Assembly: GCA_964533945.1 (NCBI GenBank)
Contig: CAZHPA010000005.1
Coordinates: 18,213 to 82,212 of the forward strand
Origin: an uncultured Defluviitaleaceae bacterium
GTDB lineage: Bacteria; Bacillota; Clostridia; Lachnospirales; WRBF01
Direction of reading: 5' to 3'
Length of the DNA: 64,000 nucleotides
The notes beneath the pieces are model-generated. The model ran no database searches and had not been told where the DNA came from. It saw only the letters and a list, made by a program, of their open reading frames with translations. A program made the position numbers and the translations under genes. Shown piece after piece: positions 49,325 through 57,713 of this stretch. The first letter of the stretch is position 1. Every line of letters starts with the position of its first letter.

Positions 49325-50197
49325 ATTAAACTTGAATATATTAACAAACACACAAAAAATTCGGTTGTTTTTGGAAATGAAGCGCCGTTTTTTTATTTAA
49401 GCCAAAAAGGAATGGACGGAAGCGGAGGGGACGCTATTTTAGTTAAAGCACCGCTTCAGTATGGGCAAACTTATTTAGGGGCAAATATTAGCGAAAGACT
49501 TATTACGGTTGAATGCTGCTTAGTTACTAGTTCAGCTCAAGAAGAAGAAGTGTTAAGGCAAACTTTAATTTCAACATTAAATCCTTTAGCAGTTGGTGAT
49601 TTAATTGTTTATGGGGAAACGTTCGAAAAAATGTTTCCAGATGTTCAAGTTGTAGATGGTCCAGTTTTTAAAGATGCTAATTACACTTTGCCTGATGGAA
49701 TTTTATATTTTAACTTTACTGTTGTTGTGCCACAAAACTTTGCAACCGACTTAAATTTAAGTAACCACACTTTAGTGGAAGTTGAGCCTCTTTTTGAATT
49801 TATACTTAAATTTGATGACTATGTTGAATTTGGAAATATTGCAAGCGGAAATATTGTTATCGACAACACAGGAGATGCCGAAGCCGCTTTAGCTATTGAA
49901 ATACCCGGGCCTGTTCATACCCCGACTATAAAAAATTTAACAACAGGGGAATTTATACGAATTTTTACTCCTATTGCAGCTAACGAAACTATGCATATTA
50001 ACACAGGCTTTGGCAATAAATCGGTTGTAATAAAAGATGATAACGGAAATTCAAGAAATGCTTTTCATTACATTGATTTAAACAGCACTTTTTTTAGGCT
50101 GAAAGTTGGCTTAAACAATGTTGAATTTAGGGCAGAAGTTGGCAACGATACAGCAAATATTAAAATTAGATATAGAAAAGTTTATTTAGGAATTTAG
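49325..50197 (+). CDS. distal tail protein (Dit-like), probably initiating at ATT 49325
   Basis: The frame is open from 49325. GGGGTGG RBS at 49313-49319, 5 nt before the ATT. The track ATG 49412 would remove 29 in-frame residues IKLEYINKHTKNSVVFGNEAPFFYLSQKG. Confidence 0.65.
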   Translation: MKLEYINKHTKNSVVFGNEAPFFYLSQKGMDGSGGDAILVKAPLQYGQTYLGANISERLITVECCLVTSSAQEEEVLRQTLISTLNPLAVGDLIVYGETFEKMFPDVQVVDGPVFKDANYTLPDGILYFNFTVVVPQNFATDLNLSNHTLVEVEPLFEFILKFDDYVEFGNIASGNIVIDNTGDAEAALAIEIPGPVHTPTIKNLTTGEFIRIFTPIAANETMHINTGFGNKSVVIKDDNGNSRNAFHYIDLNSTFFRLKVGLNNVEFRAEVGNDTANIKIRYRKVYLGI

Positions 50198-50223
50198 CTA
50201 GAAATTAATTAGGAGGTTATGAT

Positions 50224-51108
50224 ATGGCTGAATGGAGCTGTTTTTTTAATAGCTTTGAGCATGATAGGCGGTACACAGCGGCTGAATTTGCCGAATATTT
50301 TTCAAGCTTAATTGGAAATGGCATTTTTCAAGGCGGAAACAATTTAAAAGTTAACGAATATAGAAATATGGACATATCTGTTGGAACAGGGAAAGCTTTT
50401 ATTAATGGCTACTATTATGTTAACAAGGAAGCACCAAAAACATTAACGCTTTCTAATTCACATGTTACATTGCCAAGAATTGATAAAGTTGTTTTAAGGC
50501 TTAATTTATCGCAATCGGAAAGATTAATTACGGCAACTATAAAGGAAGGAACGCCAAGTTCAAACCCAACTCCTCCCGAATTACAGCGTAACAACGCTAT
50601 ATGGGAACTTGGGCTTGCAGACATTCGGGTTAATGCTTCAACTACTCACATTACCCAATCAAACATTACAGATTTAAGACTTTCAAGCGATTTTTGCGGT
50701 ATTGTTACAGGATTTTTAGAACAGCCCGATTTAAACAGCGTATTTAATCAGTATTCTAGTAAGTTTGGCGAAATTACTAACTTTTGGGATAATTGGTTCA
50801 ATCAAACAAGTAGTTCCTATTACGGTTGGTTTAACCAATCTAAGGCGGAACTTTATTCATATGTTAGCACCGATTTTGATGATTGGTCTAGGCGTTCTGG
50901 ATATCAGTTAACAACAACGTTTGCAGCAGATGGAAGTATAGCCGAAATAATTAAAAATATAAACAACAATTCTTTATTTGCAACACGGCTTACAGAATTT
51001 TTAAGCAATGGGAGAATTAAAGAAACAATTTCATTTGCAGAGCCGCCTTTAACAGCTACAAAATTAACAACATTTTCGGCAACCGATATAATTTGCACTT
51101 ATTCTTAG
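50224..51108 (+). CDS. tail/baseplate structural protein (fiber-like N-terminal domain)
   Basis: DRRYTAAEFAEYFSSLIGNGIF...GKAFINGYYY...RIDKVVLRL pattern seen in phage tail proteins. Confidence 0.55.
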   Translation: MAEWSCFFNSFEHDRRYTAAEFAEYFSSLIGNGIFQGGNNLKVNEYRNMDISVGTGKAFINGYYYVNKEAPKTLTLSNSHVTLPRIDKVVLRLNLSQSERLITATIKEGTPSSNPTPPELQRNNAIWELGLADIRVNASTTHITQSNITDLRLSSDFCGIVTGFLEQPDLNSVFNQYSSKFGEITNFWDNWFNQTSSSYYGWFNQSKAELYSYVSTDFDDWSRRSGYQLTTTFAADGSIAEIIKNINNNSLFATRLTEFLSNGRIKETISFAEPPLTATKLTTFSATDIICTYS

Positions 51109-51111
51109 GCG

Positions 51112-52230
51112 GTGGATTTCTTGAATAATAAAGGAGTTAGAGTTTTAAGCAATTCACTTGCTTTTTTAGGTGAAATTGACAATTTCGAAGAGCTTATTTT
51201 CACAACACGCCTAACAAGCTTTGGGGAATTTGAAATAGTAATAAACAAAAACAAGCCGGAAAGCCAGCTTTTACAGCATGGAAACATTTTGTTTTTAGAT
51301 GCAAGCAAAGCAGGAATAATAGAACACGTTGAAATTCGCTTTAACAAAGGATTAGAAATAGTTTTTGCAAGCGGCTTTTCACTTTTACATATTATTTCCA
51401 AGCGAATTACTTTCCCTTTTTCTAAATTGAATAAATGGAAACTAAACAGCAATGGAGAAAACGTTATTAAGTCTTTAATGGATTACAATTTAGGAAATAC
51501 AGTGCAAAGCGCAAATCGAAAGATGGAACGGGTTTTAATTGCACCAAATCAAAACAGAGGCAGCCAAATAGAATTTGAAACCGAATTTGAACAGCTTAAC
51601 TATGAAATTGAGCGAATTGCAAATTCTACGGATTTAGGAATTAAAATGACGCTTGATACTTTAAATAAAAAGTTTGTATTTGATGTGTTTTGCGGAAAAG
51701 ACTTAACTATAAATCAAAATACACAGCCTCCTGTTATTTTTGCCTTAGAATATGATAATATTGCAAACCAAAATTTCACGCTAAGTTCTGTAGGTTATAA
51801 AAATGTAGCAATTGTTGCCACTGATATTGTTGAAATTAAAGGCGTTCAAGATAGAACTATAGTTAAAGTTAATGACGAAATTTGTGGAGAAGAAAGACGA
51901 GAAGTTTTTGTTAATGGCAGACTTGCTTCTAAAGAAGGGCAAGGAAGTGAAGCGTTAAAGCTTGAGCAATACGGCAAAGAAAAGCTTTTGGGTATGCCAT
52001 TTATTAATATGTTGGAAGGTACAATTAACCCAAACGATATAATGAAATATGGTAAAGATTATTTTTTGGGGGATACCGTCACAATGAAATACGACAAAAC
52101 AACGCTTAATTCCAAAATAACCGAAGTTACTGAAAAATGGACTGTTAAAGACGGATATTCAATTGATTGTACTTTTGGTAATAAAACGCCAACGCTAATC
52201 GACAAAATAAAACAAGAATTAAGGGGTTGA
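51112..52230 (+). CDS. Gp37-like siphovirus tail tip protein
   Basis: GEFEIVINKN...ILFLDASKAGIIEHVEI resembles the Sipho_Gp37 family; an alternative TTG start lies at 51121. Confidence 0.55.
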   Translation: MDFLNNKGVRVLSNSLAFLGEIDNFEELIFTTRLTSFGEFEIVINKNKPESQLLQHGNILFLDASKAGIIEHVEIRFNKGLEIVFASGFSLLHIISKRITFPFSKLNKWKLNSNGENVIKSLMDYNLGNTVQSANRKMERVLIAPNQNRGSQIEFETEFEQLNYEIERIANSTDLGIKMTLDTLNKKFVFDVFCGKDLTINQNTQPPVIFALEYDNIANQNFTLSSVGYKNVAIVATDIVEIKGVQDRTIVKVNDEICGEERREVFVNGRLASKEGQGSEALKLEQYGKEKLLGMPFINMLEGTINPNDIMKYGKDYFLGDTVTMKYDKTTLNSKITEVTEKWTVKDGYSIDCTFGNKTPTLIDKIKQELRG

Positions 52231-52235
52231 ATTAA

Positions 52236-52922
52236 TTGAGTTGGGCAGAAATTAAAAAATCAGTAAATAGTAATGTTATTTTTCCTTTAAATGAAATCGG
52301 TTTAAACAAGGTAACTTTTACAACAAACAGCACATGGACTTGCCCCGACGGAGTTAATGTTGTTTATGCAACGGGTATTGCAGCGGGAGGAGATGGGGGA
52401 ACTGCCGGGATTTTTTCTACGAATATTGAATGCGGAGGAGGCGGTGGCGACCGTGGGCAATTTTGCTTTAGAAGACCTATAAAAGTTACTCCTAACCAAA
52501 CATATTCTGTAACCGTTGGAGCAGGAGATACAGTTTTTCATACGCTAACTCTTAAAAAAGGTACTGGCGGCAATAGTGGAAGTGACGGAGGTACTGGCGG
52601 CGGAAACGGAGGCGGAAACGGTGCTAGAATTAGCGCAACCGGAGGTTATTATCAGCCCGCAACTAAAGGCAAAGGAACTAATGGAGGCAATACGCTAATT
52701 AGATATTCAACCATTACAGGTAATCCCATTATAGCGTTTGGGGGCGGTGGTGCTGGTGCTCCAGAATTTATTGGAACAGTTATTACTGATGCAAAAGGCT
52801 ATGGTGGAAATACTGGTTCTTCCCCAGGCATTTATGGAGCAGGCGGAGGAGGTGGCGCGTATGACGGAGGAAGCGGACTTGGCACAAAAGGTTCAAATGG
52901 TGTGTTGGCGTTGGAATGGTAA
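52236..52922 (+). CDS. glycine-rich tail-associated protein
   Basis: TTG after AAGGGG; TWTCPDGVNVVYATG.AAGGDGG followed by multiple GGxGG runs. Confidence 0.6.
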   Translation: MSWAEIKKSVNSNVIFPLNEIGLNKVTFTTNSTWTCPDGVNVVYATGIAAGGDGGTAGIFSTNIECGGGGGDRGQFCFRRPIKVTPNQTYSVTVGAGDTVFHTLTLKKGTGGNSGSDGGTGGGNGGGNGARISATGGYYQPATKGKGTNGGNTLIRYSTITGNPIIAFGGGGAGAPEFIGTVITDAKGYGGNTGSSPGIYGAGGGGGAYDGGSGLGTKGSNGVLALEW

Positions 52923-52934
52923 TAGGAGGTTAAC

Positions 52935-53279
52935 ATGTATATAAAACGTTCCGATACAGTAAATCTGAGTTTTAAAATTAAAATTTCAGATATTTTTTTA
53001 TGTCCACACCAAAACGATAAAATTTACATTACAATAAAGGAAGAAATTGGCGCAAACTCTCCTATTGTTTTGCAAAAATCATATCCTGAAAACATTAGCT
53101 TTGATAAGGAAAAATTAAGCTTTACCACAAAATTTACACAAGAAGAAAGCGCGCTGTTAACAAAAGACACATATTACTGTGATGTTAAAATCTATTTAAA
53201 AGATAACGATTTTTATGTGTCTAGCGATAATATAGAATTAATTCATGTTTATGGCACTGTAAACGGCGTTGTTTCATAA
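52935..53279 (+). CDS. hypothetical phage protein
   Basis: 114-aa ORF after AGGAGG. Confidence 0.5.
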   Translation: MYIKRSDTVNLSFKIKISDIFLCPHQNDKIYITIKEEIGANSPIVLQKSYPENISFDKEKLSFTTKFTQEESALLTKDTYYCDVKIYLKDNDFYVSSDNIELIHVYGTVNGVVS

Positions 53280-53308
53280 TAGCTTAATAATAGGAGGTGA
53301 TTAAACAA

Positions 53309-54007
53309 ATGACTTTTGTTTTTGATAGTAATCTGGAAATTGTTAAAGGCTCAGATGGCAAATCTGCATACGAATTAGCAGTTGAAAACGGTTTTAACGG
53401 AACTATAGAACAATGGCTTGAAAGCTTAAAACTTGGACAAGGAGTATCAACGGCAAGTAGCATAAATTTAGATGGATATTTAATAGGCAAAGATACAACT
53501 AGTGCTATAAATTCATCAACAAGCCTTTTAAAAGCAATAAGTTTGCTTGAAGCTGGGAAGATGGTTTATCGTGTTTATAATACATCTGATGTTAGCGTTT
53601 CTTCAGGTTTAGATACACCCCAGTACAGACTGCCCGGAATACATGTTTTTAATTCTCCACCAGAAAATAGCTATGGTTTTCCTGCAGATTTTGACTTTAC
53701 AACTACTTATACAAATGCAGCATTACTAAGCATTCCTATTGCTGCCGTAACTTCTTTCAATAATAATGCTTTAAGCCTTTACCAAAGACAAGCCTACCAA
53801 ATGCTATTTAAAGCAGCAGATAGTAGAATTTGGATTAGGTATTGGAGTGGCGGGACTGAAGTTAGTAAATGGGAGTTGCTTGTTGGAAAAAATGGCAGCA
53901 TAGTCAATTCTGCATATGAAGCGGCAAAAAGCGGCGGATTTAACGGGACAGAATCTGAATTTAATACAGCTCTTGCAAAAATCTGTAATGCTAATACTGC
54001 AACTTAA
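53309..54007 (+). CDS. tail fiber-like protein
   Basis: ATG 53309 after AGGAGG. N-terminal GKSAYELAVENGFNGTIEQWLESLK fiber motif, repeated near the C-terminus (NSAYEAAKSGGFNGTESEF). Confidence 0.6.
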   Translation: MTFVFDSNLEIVKGSDGKSAYELAVENGFNGTIEQWLESLKLGQGVSTASSINLDGYLIGKDTTSAINSSTSLLKAISLLEAGKMVYRVYNTSDVSVSSGLDTPQYRLPGIHVFNSPPENSYGFPADFDFTTTYTNAALLSIPIAAVTSFNNNALSLYQRQAYQMLFKAADSRIWIRYWSGGTEVSKWELLVGKNGSIVNSAYEAAKSGGFNGTESEFNTALAKICNANTAT

Positions 54008-54274
54008 GCTATTTCAAGTATATAGAAAATGGGTAAACAGCAGCTTCTAATGCAACATAGGAAAGCTAAACAAAATACAAAATAAGCAAAAACTTAATGT
54101 TTATTTTTAAGAACACAAAAACAGAAGCATAGCTTGCTGCACTTTATTTAAAGAGAATGAATAATATAAATTAAGCTATTTTTTAAATAAAAGTTTTATA
54201 CTTTGTTTTTAGTTATAGCTTGATAAGTTTAATTTTAGTTTTATTGTATTTTTATGCAAAAAGGAGTTGATTTT

Positions 54275-54925
54275 ATGCGTGATATAAGCTTATTATATCC
54301 CGAATTACAAACTATTGTTGAAAAGTTTTTGGCAGACTGTAAAGCAGCCGGCTTACCTGTTATAATAACAGAAACATGGCGAAGTAAAGAAGAGCAAGAT
54401 GCGCTTTATGCTAAAGGAAGAACGGCACCAGGTAATATTGTAACAAATGTTAAATATCCTGATAGTATGCACAATTGGGGCGTTGCTTTCGACTTTGCAA
54501 GAAATGTTAGAGGCAAAGAATATGACGATTCGGATGGATTTTTTGCTAAAGTAGGAAATATAGGAAAAAAATATGGCTTAACTTGGGGTGGCGATTGGAA
54601 AAGCTTTGTAGATAAACCACATCTTGAAATGACAAAATTTAATATTAAAGACTTAAAAGCAAAATACGGAACACCCGATAATTTTAAAAGTACATGGAAA
54701 AAGGCAAATGTTTCCGAAGCTCCAAAAGCAGAGACACCAAAGCCAGAAGCCAAAAGCCAAAATAAAGTTATTCAAAAACCTGAAATAGATATCGAAACAG
54801 CAATTAACATACTCATTGAAAATAAAATAATTACAAGCCCGGATTATTGGCTTAAAAACTATAATAAGCTTGAATATTTAGACAAGCTTATTATAAATAT
54901 GGCAAAAAGGTTGGTGTCGGTATGA
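54275..54925 (+). CDS. M15-family (VanY-like) peptidoglycan peptidase endolysin
   Basis: ATG 54275 after AAAGGAG; ETWRSKEEQDALYAKGRT, SMHNWGVAFD, DKPHLE zinc-peptidase motifs. Confidence 0.8.
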   Translation: MRDISLLYPELQTIVEKFLADCKAAGLPVIITETWRSKEEQDALYAKGRTAPGNIVTNVKYPDSMHNWGVAFDFARNVRGKEYDDSDGFFAKVGNIGKKYGLTWGGDWKSFVDKPHLEMTKFNIKDLKAKYGTPDNFKSTWKKANVSEAPKAETPKPEAKSQNKVIQKPEIDIETAINILIENKIITSPDYWLKNYNKLEYLDKLIINMAKRLVSV

Positions 54926-55191
54926 AAATAAATTGGAGTGTTCGATTTAAAAATCCACTATTTATAGCACAGGCTATAGGGGCAATTGTAGCTCCCATTT
55001 TAGTTTACTTTAACGTTCAAGTAAGCGATATAACAACATGGCAGGCAATGTTTGATATTATTACTAAAGCAATTCAAAACCCTTTTATTGTATTTAATAT
55101 TGGGCTTGCTATTTTTAATGCTATAACAGACCCAACAACAGCAGGAATTTCAGACAGCGAAAGGGCTTTAAGTTATTCAAAGCCCCAATGA
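54922..55191 (+). CDS. holin (phi LC3 family type)
   Basis: INWSVRFKNPLF start, two TM segments, ITDPTTAGISDSERALSYSKP tail; ATGA overlap with the endolysin gene. Confidence 0.75.
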   Translation: MKINWSVRFKNPLFIAQAIGAIVAPILVYFNVQVSDITTWQAMFDIITKAIQNPFIVFNIGLAIFNAITDPTTAGISDSERALSYSKPQ

Positions 55192-55210
55192 AAATAAGGT
55201 GGTTTAACAT

Positions 55211-55549
55211 ATGATAGATATATTTGCATTGGCAAAGTGGTTAACAGCTATAGGCACTATATGCGCCCTATTATTAGCTGTGTATACTAGATTTAGCGAG
55301 CTGGTGTTAAAAAGAATAGCAGCAAATGAAAAAGAAGTTAAAGAACTTAAAGCATGGACAACAGCACAGCAACAAGATATTAAAGACGCAATCGAAGGTA
55401 ATATATTGCTTTTAAGGGCAACACGAGTTGGGCTTGAGGCATTAAAAAACGGAGTTGCTAACGGAAACGTAACTAAAGCTGTTACAGAAATTACAGAATA
55501 CCTTGAAATGAGGGCAAGTTCTACTAAGAGCGGAACCGATTTCTTATAG
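55211..55549 (+). CDS. membrane-anchored coiled-coil protein (possible lysis accessory)
   Basis: N-terminal TM helix plus a helical C-terminus; last ORF of the cluster. Confidence 0.45.
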   Translation: MIDIFALAKWLTAIGTICALLLAVYTRFSELVLKRIAANEKEVKELKAWTTAQQQDIKDAIEGNILLLRATRVGLEALKNGVANGNVTKAVTEITEYLEMRASSTKSGTDFL

Positions 55550-55590
55550 TGTACTTAAAAACAAAAAATAGAAAATAAAAATAAATATAG

Positions 55591-55633
55591 AAGCGGACAT
55601 CTACTAACAATAGGTGTCCGCTTTAAAGTTTTT
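55591..55633 (+). terminator. rho-independent terminator closing the phage-like cluster
   Basis: Stem aagcggaca/tgtccgctt extendable to 13 bp, tail ttaaagttttt. Confidence 0.65.
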
Positions 55634-55663
55634 AATTTATTTGTTGTTATTAGTTTTTAACCT

Positions 55664-56233
55664 TTAGTTTTGAATTGGTTTGTTGTCGTTGTTTTCTGCT
55701 AAAATTTCAGAAATGCTTTGTGGAGTTTCTTTATTTTCTTCAATTTTAATTTCGGCCTTAACTTCTTCTTCATCTTTTTGAACTTCTTCTTGAACAGAAG
55801 CAGGCAGCGTATTTTCAACAGGTTGCTCATAGGCAGCTTGCTCGTTTAAAGCCGCTTCATCTTGTTGTTCTGATTGTTGGCAGCAGCATTTTTCATCTTC
55901 TTCTAAATTTCTAAGACTTTCATTTAATGATTTTGAAATGTCATCAACAATACGAACAGTTTTTTCAATTACTTTTTTAGTTGTTTTCTTTAATCTAGGT
56001 TCCATTTCTTTGTAAGTTTCGCTTACCTTATCGCCAAACTCTTTGGCAAAGTTTTCAATAGAGCTTGAAAAAGAATTTAATTTGTCTTCAACATCATATT
56101 TAAAATATTCTGCCGTTTCGTCAACATTAACGACAGATGCCGACTTTAATGCATGCAGAAGCTGTGTTGCTTCTTCAACCGTAATTATGCCATCTTCAAT
56201 CATAGATAATACTTTTAATTTTTCTTTTTTCAT
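55664..56233 (-). CDS. SHOCT-like-domain protein with acidic C-terminus
   Basis: ATG 56233 after AAGGAGG; LKVLSMIEDGIITVEEATQLLHALK. Confidence 0.6.
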   Translation of the reverse strand: MKKEKLKVLSMIEDGIITVEEATQLLHALKSASVVNVDETAEYFKYDVEDKLNSFSSSIENFAKEFGDKVSETYKEMEPRLKKTTKKVIEKTVRIVDDISKSLNESLRNLEEDEKCCCQQSEQQDEAALNEQAAYEQPVENTLPASVQEEVQKDEEEVKAEIKIEENKETPQSISEILAENNDNKPIQN

Positions 56234-56367
56234 TTTAAAAATCCTCCTTGTGTTCAAATACAATATATAACTTTACTATAACATACGTAACTTTTCCTAT
56301 AAAGTTTATTTAAAATTTATTTTGGAAATACTTTAAATCAAAATTAAAGTAGTTAGGGCGTGGTATA

Positions 56368-57639
56368 GTGGAAAACTGTATTGAAAAATTTATAATTGAG
56401 CAAAGTGCTCCGCTAAAAGGAAACGTTAAAGTAAATGGTTCTAAGAATGCTGTCTTGCCTATTTTGGCTGCAACGCTATTAACAGACGAACAATGCACAA
56501 TTTATGATGTGCCACCTTTAAGCGATGTGTTTATTATGGAAAAGTTGCTTAACAATTTTGGTGCCGAAACAAAATTTAATGAAAATAATTTTTCTATGAC
56601 TGTTAAATGCAATAAACCCAAAACGCATGAAGCGCCATACGAATTGGTTGGGCAAATGAGAGCGTCTTTTTTGCTTATGGGTTCACTGCTTTCAAAGCTT
56701 GGCAACGTTAAAATACCGCTTCCCGGCGGCTGTGCTATAGGCTCAAGACCTGTTGACCAGCATTTAAAAGGTTTTGCAGCTTTAGGGGCAACTATTAAAA
56801 ATGAACATGGTTGCGTTACAGCTTACGCAAATAAATTAGAAGGAGCAAATATATATTTAGACTTTCCAAGCGTTGGCGCAACAGAAAATATAATTATGGC
56901 AGCAGTTTTGGCAAAAGGGCAAACTATAATTGAAAATTGCGCTGTCGAGCCTGAAATAGTTGACCTTGCAAATTTTTTAAACAAAACAGGAGCGGATATT
57001 AGAGGCGCTGGAACAGATACTATAAAAATCAACGGCGTTAAAGTTTTAAAAGGTGTTGAACACGCAATTATACCAGACCGCATAGAAGCAGGCACATACA
57101 TGGTTGCCGCCGCTATAACAAAAGGTGATGTGGTTGTTGAAAACGTTATTTTAGACCATTTAAGACCTATGATTGCAAAGCTTAAAGAGGCAAACTTTAA
57201 TATTTTTGAAACAGAAAACGGCGTTAGAGTTTGCTGCAATGAAGAAAAAAAATCTAAATGTATTGATATTAAAACTATGCCGTATCCGGGCTTTCCAACA
57301 GATATGCAAGCTCAGTTTATGGGGCTTTTGTCTTTATCGGAAGGCACAAGCGTTGTTACGGAAACAGTTTTTGAAAATAGGTTTATGCATATTGGAGAAC
57401 TCAAAAGAATGGGCGCAAATATTAAAATTGAAAGCCGTTCTGCTATAGTTGAAGGCGTTAATAATCTTATGGGAACTCAAGTTAAAGCAACAGATTTAAG
57501 AGCAGGTGCGGCAATAATTATTTCTGCTTTAGCTGCAAAAGGCACAACGGAAGTTAGTGATATTTTCCACATAGACAGAGGATATTATAAAATTGATGAA
57601 AAGCTTAGAAAGCTTGGCGCTAAAATTGTTAGAGTATAA
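56368..57639 (+). CDS. murA: UDP-N-acetylglucosamine 1-carboxyvinyltransferase
   Basis: GTG start; VNGSKNAVLPILAATLL, LPGGCAIGSRPVDQHL (active-site Cys). Confidence 0.95.
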   Translation: MENCIEKFIIEQSAPLKGNVKVNGSKNAVLPILAATLLTDEQCTIYDVPPLSDVFIMEKLLNNFGAETKFNENNFSMTVKCNKPKTHEAPYELVGQMRASFLLMGSLLSKLGNVKIPLPGGCAIGSRPVDQHLKGFAALGATIKNEHGCVTAYANKLEGANIYLDFPSVGATENIIMAAVLAKGQTIIENCAVEPEIVDLANFLNKTGADIRGAGTDTIKINGVKVLKGVEHAIIPDRIEAGTYMVAAAITKGDVVVENVILDHLRPMIAKLKEANFNIFETENGVRVCCNEEKKSKCIDIKTMPYPGFPTDMQAQFMGLLSLSEGTSVVTETVFENRFMHIGELKRMGANIKIESRSAIVEGVNNLMGTQVKATDLRAGAAIIISALAAKGTTEVSDIFHIDRGYYKIDEKLRKLGAKIVRV

Positions 57640-57713
57640 AAATTACAAAAATGTAAAATTTTATGAATAATAAGCAATGCTGCAGTTAATAATAATAATC
57701 GGAGGTGGAAACA

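Larger units (their letters stand above)
40259..55549 (+). mobile_element. phage-derived late-gene cluster (regulator, packaging, head, tail, lysis) lacking integration, lysogeny and replication modules
   Basis: About 24 co-oriented, tightly packed ORFs with recognisable siphovirus gene order. The flanks are mupG (left) and murA (right). Confidence 0.8.

Noticed and set aside
40259-55549. Annotation as an ordinary intact temperate prophage
   Set aside because: There is no integrase, repressor/Cro, excisionase or replication module in the cluster or its flanks, and by eye I could not find flanking direct repeats (att). It is therefore reported as a late-gene-only element.
55550-55663. Search for an attR-like direct repeat matching the left junction (39808-40258)
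   Set aside because: Only trivial AT-rich 7-mers (for example tgttatt) are shared. Nothing convincing can be asserted without a computed alignment.
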